From Verrucomicrobiota bacterium (GTDB lineage Bacteria; Verrucomicrobiota; Verrucomicrobiia; Limisphaerales; SXQI01), in the NCBI GenBank assembly GCA_033762115.1, contig JANRLX010000096.1:1-10510 (forward strand): a stretch of 10,510 bases of DNA, written 5' to 3'. Both the position numbers and the translations under genes were made by a program. Numbering within the stretch: the stretch's first letter is position 1; every line of letters starts with the position of its first letter. This document shows positions 7,577 through 10,510 of this stretch, piece by piece. The notes under the pieces are model-generated. The model was not told the DNA's origin. It saw nothing but the letters and a program-made list of their open reading frames with translations, and searched no databases.

Positions 7577-9460
7577 TTAAATCGAAATTTCAGTCTCCTG
7601 GTCCTGCAGGTGAAGAAACTCCAGAATCTGGCCAACCGATTCCGCAACACTCAATTGGTCAGTTCGGATCACGATCTCCGGATTCAATGGCTCCTCATAA
7701 GGGGCGGAAATTCCCGTGAACTCCTTCACCTCATTCGCACGGGCCTTCGCATAAAGTCCTTTGACATCCCGTTGCTCACAAACCTCCAGCGGCGCGTTCA
7801 CATACACCTCGATAAATTGCCCTTCCATTAGCATGCCGCGGATCAATTCCCGGTCGGAACGATAAGGTGAGATAAATGCCGTGATGCAGATCATTCCCGC
7901 ATCCGCAAACAGCTTCGCCATCTCCCCCACCCTGCGAATGTTTTCCTTCCGGTCCTGGGGCGTGAAGGTCAGGTCTGAACACAAGCCATGCCGGATATTG
8001 TCTCCATCGAGCACATAAGCCTGTTTCCCCATGTTGAACAGCTCTCGCTCCAGTTCAGTTGCAATTGTCGATTTCCCTGAACCGGAAAGCCCCGTCAGCC
8101 AGATGATGCACCCCGGATGCCCGTTGCGTCGCGCGCGTTGTTCCGCAGTGACCTTTCCATGGCTCCAGTACAAGTTATCACTTCGGTGTGATCCATCGCT
8201 GGTCCGCTTCGGATAAACATCCTGCGCCACGATTCCCCCACCGGAAACCTCGAATCCATCCACAATCACAAACCGTCCGGTCGGGATGATTTCCGAATGC
8301 ACATCGAAAGCAACAGGGCGTCGCGTACGGATGACCAATTCTGCCACTTCATTGCGCCCCACGAACAACTCATTTTCCTTCCGGGAAATGGTTTCAAGCG
8401 TCGAAGAGTCAATGACTCGTTCGATCTTCTCGATTTCGCACTCAACTTCCTGGGTTGTGAGCTTGAGCCGATAAATCTTTCCTTTTTTGAATGGATTTCG
8501 ACCCAGCCAAAAAACGCGCGCCTTGAATTTGATCAGCTCGTAAGGCGCATCTGCTTCATGTGCCGCCACTGCCCCGCGCTCCACAAAAATCTGTTCCGTC
8601 AGTGTGATCCCAACGCTTTCTCCAGCGAGGGCCCCATCACGTGACGGCGCATTCCAGCGCTCAATCGTCTTGACCACGCTGCTCTTGTTTCCTGGCACGA
8701 ACGAGAGCCGGTCCCCCACCTTTAACGTTCCAGTTTCAACACGTCCGGCGAGGATTCGTCGCTCGTCAAACCGATAAACATCCTGGATTGGAAATCGAAG
8801 CGGCTGGTTGCTTGCTGGTTCCGCAATTTTGAATTCATCCAGGATTTCAATCACTGTCGGCCCGTTCCACCACGGCATGTTCGGGCTTTTGCTCGCAATA
8901 TTGTCCCCATGCTTCGCGGCAATTGGAATAAAACATTTCGGCTCCACACCCACGCTCTGGAGAAAACCCTTATATTCCCGGATCACTTCCTCGAACCGCT
9001 CTTTGCTGTAATTTTGCAGGTCCATTTTGTTGACCAGCACAGCAATCTGCCGAATTCCCAACAGATTTAACAAATAGCCATGACGACGCGACTGTTCCTG
9101 CACCCCTTCGTTCGCATCAATCAACAGTAGCGCCGCTTCGGCATTCGCCGCCCCAGTCACCATGTTCTTCAAAAACTCCTTGTGACCTGGCGCATCAATA
9201 ATTACATACTGCCGTTTCCTGGTTTGGAACCATATCTGCGCCGTATCGATGGTGATGTTCTGGTCACGTTCCGATTGCAGCGCATCCATCAGGTTCGCCC
9301 ATTCGAAAGGCACACCCCGCCGTTCTGCGATCCTTTGCAGCTGCTCCAGTTTACCCTCCGGCAGGGAACCGGTATCGTGGAATAGCCGTCCCACAAATGT
9401 GGACTTCCCATGGTCCACATGCCCAACAATGACAATTTTTAATTGTTCAGTAGCGATCAT
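7577..9460 (-). CDS. cysNC: Bifunctional sulfate adenylyltransferase subunit 1 (GTPase) / adenylyl-sulfate kinase
   Basis: 627 aa. GTPase motifs [32 protein letters not shown] and [10 protein letters not shown]-terminal APS kinase motifs [51 protein letters not shown] and [11 protein letters not shown]. Adjacent to cysD. Confidence 0.95.
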   Translation of the reverse strand: MIATEQLKIVIVGHVDHGKSTFVGRLFHDTGSLPEGKLEQLQRIAERRGVPFEWANLMDALQSERDQNITIDTAQIWFQTRKRQYVIIDAPGHKEFLKNMVTGAANAEAALLLIDANEGVQEQSRRHGYLLNLLGIRQIAVLVNKMDLQNYSKERFEEVIREYKGFLQSVGVEPKCFIPIAAKHGDNIASKSPNMPWWNGPTVIEILDEFKIAEPASNQPLRFPIQDVYRFDERRILAGRVETGTLKVGDRLSFVPGNKSSVVKTIERWNAPSRDGALAGESVGITLTEQIFVERGAVAAHEADAPYELIKFKARVFWLGRNPFKKGKIYRLKLTTQEVECEIEKIERVIDSSTLETISRKENELFVGRNEVAELVIRTRRPVAFDVHSEIIPTGRFVIVDGFEVSGGGIVAQDVYPKRTSDGSHRSDNLYWSHGKVTAEQRARRNGHPGCIIWLTGLSGSGKSTIATELERELFNMGKQAYVLDGDNIRHGLCSDLTFTPQDRKENIRRVGEMAKLFADAGMICITAFISPYRSDRELIRGMLMEGQFIEVYVNAPLEVCEQRDVKGLYAKARANEVKEFTGISAPYEEPLNPEIVIRTDQLSVAESVGQILEFLHLQDQETEISI

Positions 9461-9498
9461 TGATCAAAATAATTTCTGAGTTTCTGCCCCCCATCGGA

Positions 9499-10311
9499 TC
9501 ACATGTAACCATCGCGACGCAATTTTTCGAACGCATCCTCACTCTCCTTGTCCTGCGCCCGTCCCGACCTCTCGCTCGTTTTCGTGTGTCGCAACTCTTC
9601 AATGATTTCTTTCACCGTGCTGGCGCGCGACTTGATGACCCCCGTGCACGGCGCGCAACCCAGGCTGCGGTATCGTTCTCCGTTGCTGTTCGCAAAATAG
9701 AGAGGAATGATCGGGATATTTTCCCGGTCGATATATTCCCAGATGTTCAACTCCGTCCAATGAAGCAATGGATGAATCCGAATGTGCGTTCCCTTGTCAA
9801 AATCGGTTTTAAACTGGTCCCACAACTCAGGGGGCTGGTCCTCCACATTCCACTCCATGTTCTTGTCCCGGGGGCTGAAATACCGCTCTTTCGCCCGAGT
9901 TGGCTCCTCATCCCGCCGGACTCCCACGATCACACCGGTATAATTATATTTCTCCAGGACCTGTTTCAGCCCATCCTTCTTCAATGTCCCGCAACACTCC
10001 ACCCGCGTTGCTTTCCCATTTGGGAAGGTAATCCCTGAACGCAACACCTCTTCATTTTTCCCCACCACCAGATCAAGTTTCCAATCCCGCGCCAGCCGAT
10101 CGCGATATTCGATCATTGAAGGAATCTTGTAGGAGGTGTCCACATGCACCAAAGGAAATGGCACATGGCCAAAGAAAGCCTTCCGTGCCAGCCAGAGCAG
10201 GACTGTCGAATCCTTCCCAATGCTCCAGAGCATCGCGAGATTTTCAAATTTATTGAAGGCCTCTCGCATGATATAAATGCTTTGTTGCTCAAGCTTTGTT
10301 AAATAATCCAT
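9499..10311 (-). CDS. cysD: Sulfate adenylyltransferase subunit 2
   Basis: 270 aa with [13 protein letters not shown]-loop [80 protein letters not shown] and the C-terminal KLRRDGYM. Confidence 0.96.
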   Translation of the reverse strand: MDYLTKLEQQSIYIMREAFNKFENLAMLWSIGKDSTVLLWLARKAFFGHVPFPLVHVDTSYKIPSMIEYRDRLARDWKLDLVVGKNEEVLRSGITFPNGKATRVECCGTLKKDGLKQVLEKYNYTGVIVGVRRDEEPTRAKERYFSPRDKNMEWNVEDQPPELWDQFKTDFDKGTHIRIHPLLHWTELNIWEYIDRENIPIIPLYFANSNGERYRSLGCAPCTGVIKSRASTVKEIIEELRHTKTSERSGRAQDKESEDAFEKLRRDGYM

Positions 10312-10368
10312 AAACTCAGGTTAAAGGGTAAATAATTGCTCAGGATCCGAAACGTCCCGATGGAAGCT

Positions 10369-10510
10369 TCAATTCTTCTTCGGCATGAATGTGTGAATGC
10401 CACATTCCACCTTGTTAAAACCAGTCCAGCGCCCGGCCCGTTCATCCTCCCCTCCACCAGTCTTTGAGGTGCACGGCATGCAGCCAATCGAACGATAACC
10501 CTGGTCATGC
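10369..10510 (-). CDS. cysH: C-terminal 46 aa of an APS/PAPS reductase (gene begins outside the window)
   Basis: Manual translation of the minus strand from 10509 gives [46 protein letters not shown] (TGA at 10369-10371). It contains GYxSIGCxPCT, ERAGRW and the catalytic ECG(L/I)H motif and lies directly upstream of cysD. Not in the supplied ORF track. Confidence 0.95.
   Translation of the reverse strand, partial: HDQGYRSIGCMPCTSKTGGGEDERAGRWTGFNKVECGIHTFMPKKN

Noticed and set aside
7577..9460. Elongation factor (EF-Tu/SelB) call based on GHVDHGKST
   Set aside because: The fused APS kinase domain, CysN-type motifs and position next to cysD identify it as CysNC.
9460..10038. 192-aa plus-strand ORF opposite cysD
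   Set aside because: Antisense shadow of a highly conserved gene with no recognisable motifs.
10299..10508. 69-aa minus-strand [17 protein letters not shown]...
   Set aside because: Wrong frame. The adjacent frame encodes the clear CysH C-terminus.
10312..10510. Possible SAM riboswitch or leader RNA upstream of cysD
   Set aside because: Most of the region is cysH coding sequence. The real spacer is only 57 bp and shows no riboswitch core or strong hairpin.
1..10510. CRISPR arrays, tRNA/rRNA, IS elements, tandem repeats, intrinsic terminators, defence or phage genes
   Set aside because: The window is almost entirely coding, and the largest spacer is 125 bp. By eye I found no periodic repeats, transposase or integrase motifs, cloverleafs or hairpin plus U-tract.

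Overview
Gene-dense bacterial chromosomal window with nine protein-coding genes and no RNA genes, mobile elements or CRISPR arrays that I can support. Gene content and the C-terminal tail of the first protein suggest Verrucomicrobiota (inference only). Left to right: (1) the 3' part of a probably exported protein fusing a glucose/sorbosone-dehydrogenase-type propeller, a two-CXXCH cytochrome c region and a distinctive C-terminal tail; (2) a tightly coupled minus-strand operon of MoxR AAA+ ATPase, DUF58 protein and membrane transglutaminase-like protein; (3) a divergent PmtA-like SAM methyltransferase; (4) a minus-strand run of cysH (partial, missed by the ORF track), cysD, cysNC and a eukaryotic-type hisA. 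The best leads are a CysD whose only four cysteines form an APS-reductase-like CC...CXXC motif, the C-terminal tail of the first protein as a candidate sorting signal, the dehydrogenase-diheme fusion, and the functionally unresolved MoxR/DUF58/transglutaminase module. I see no clearly unprecedented system.
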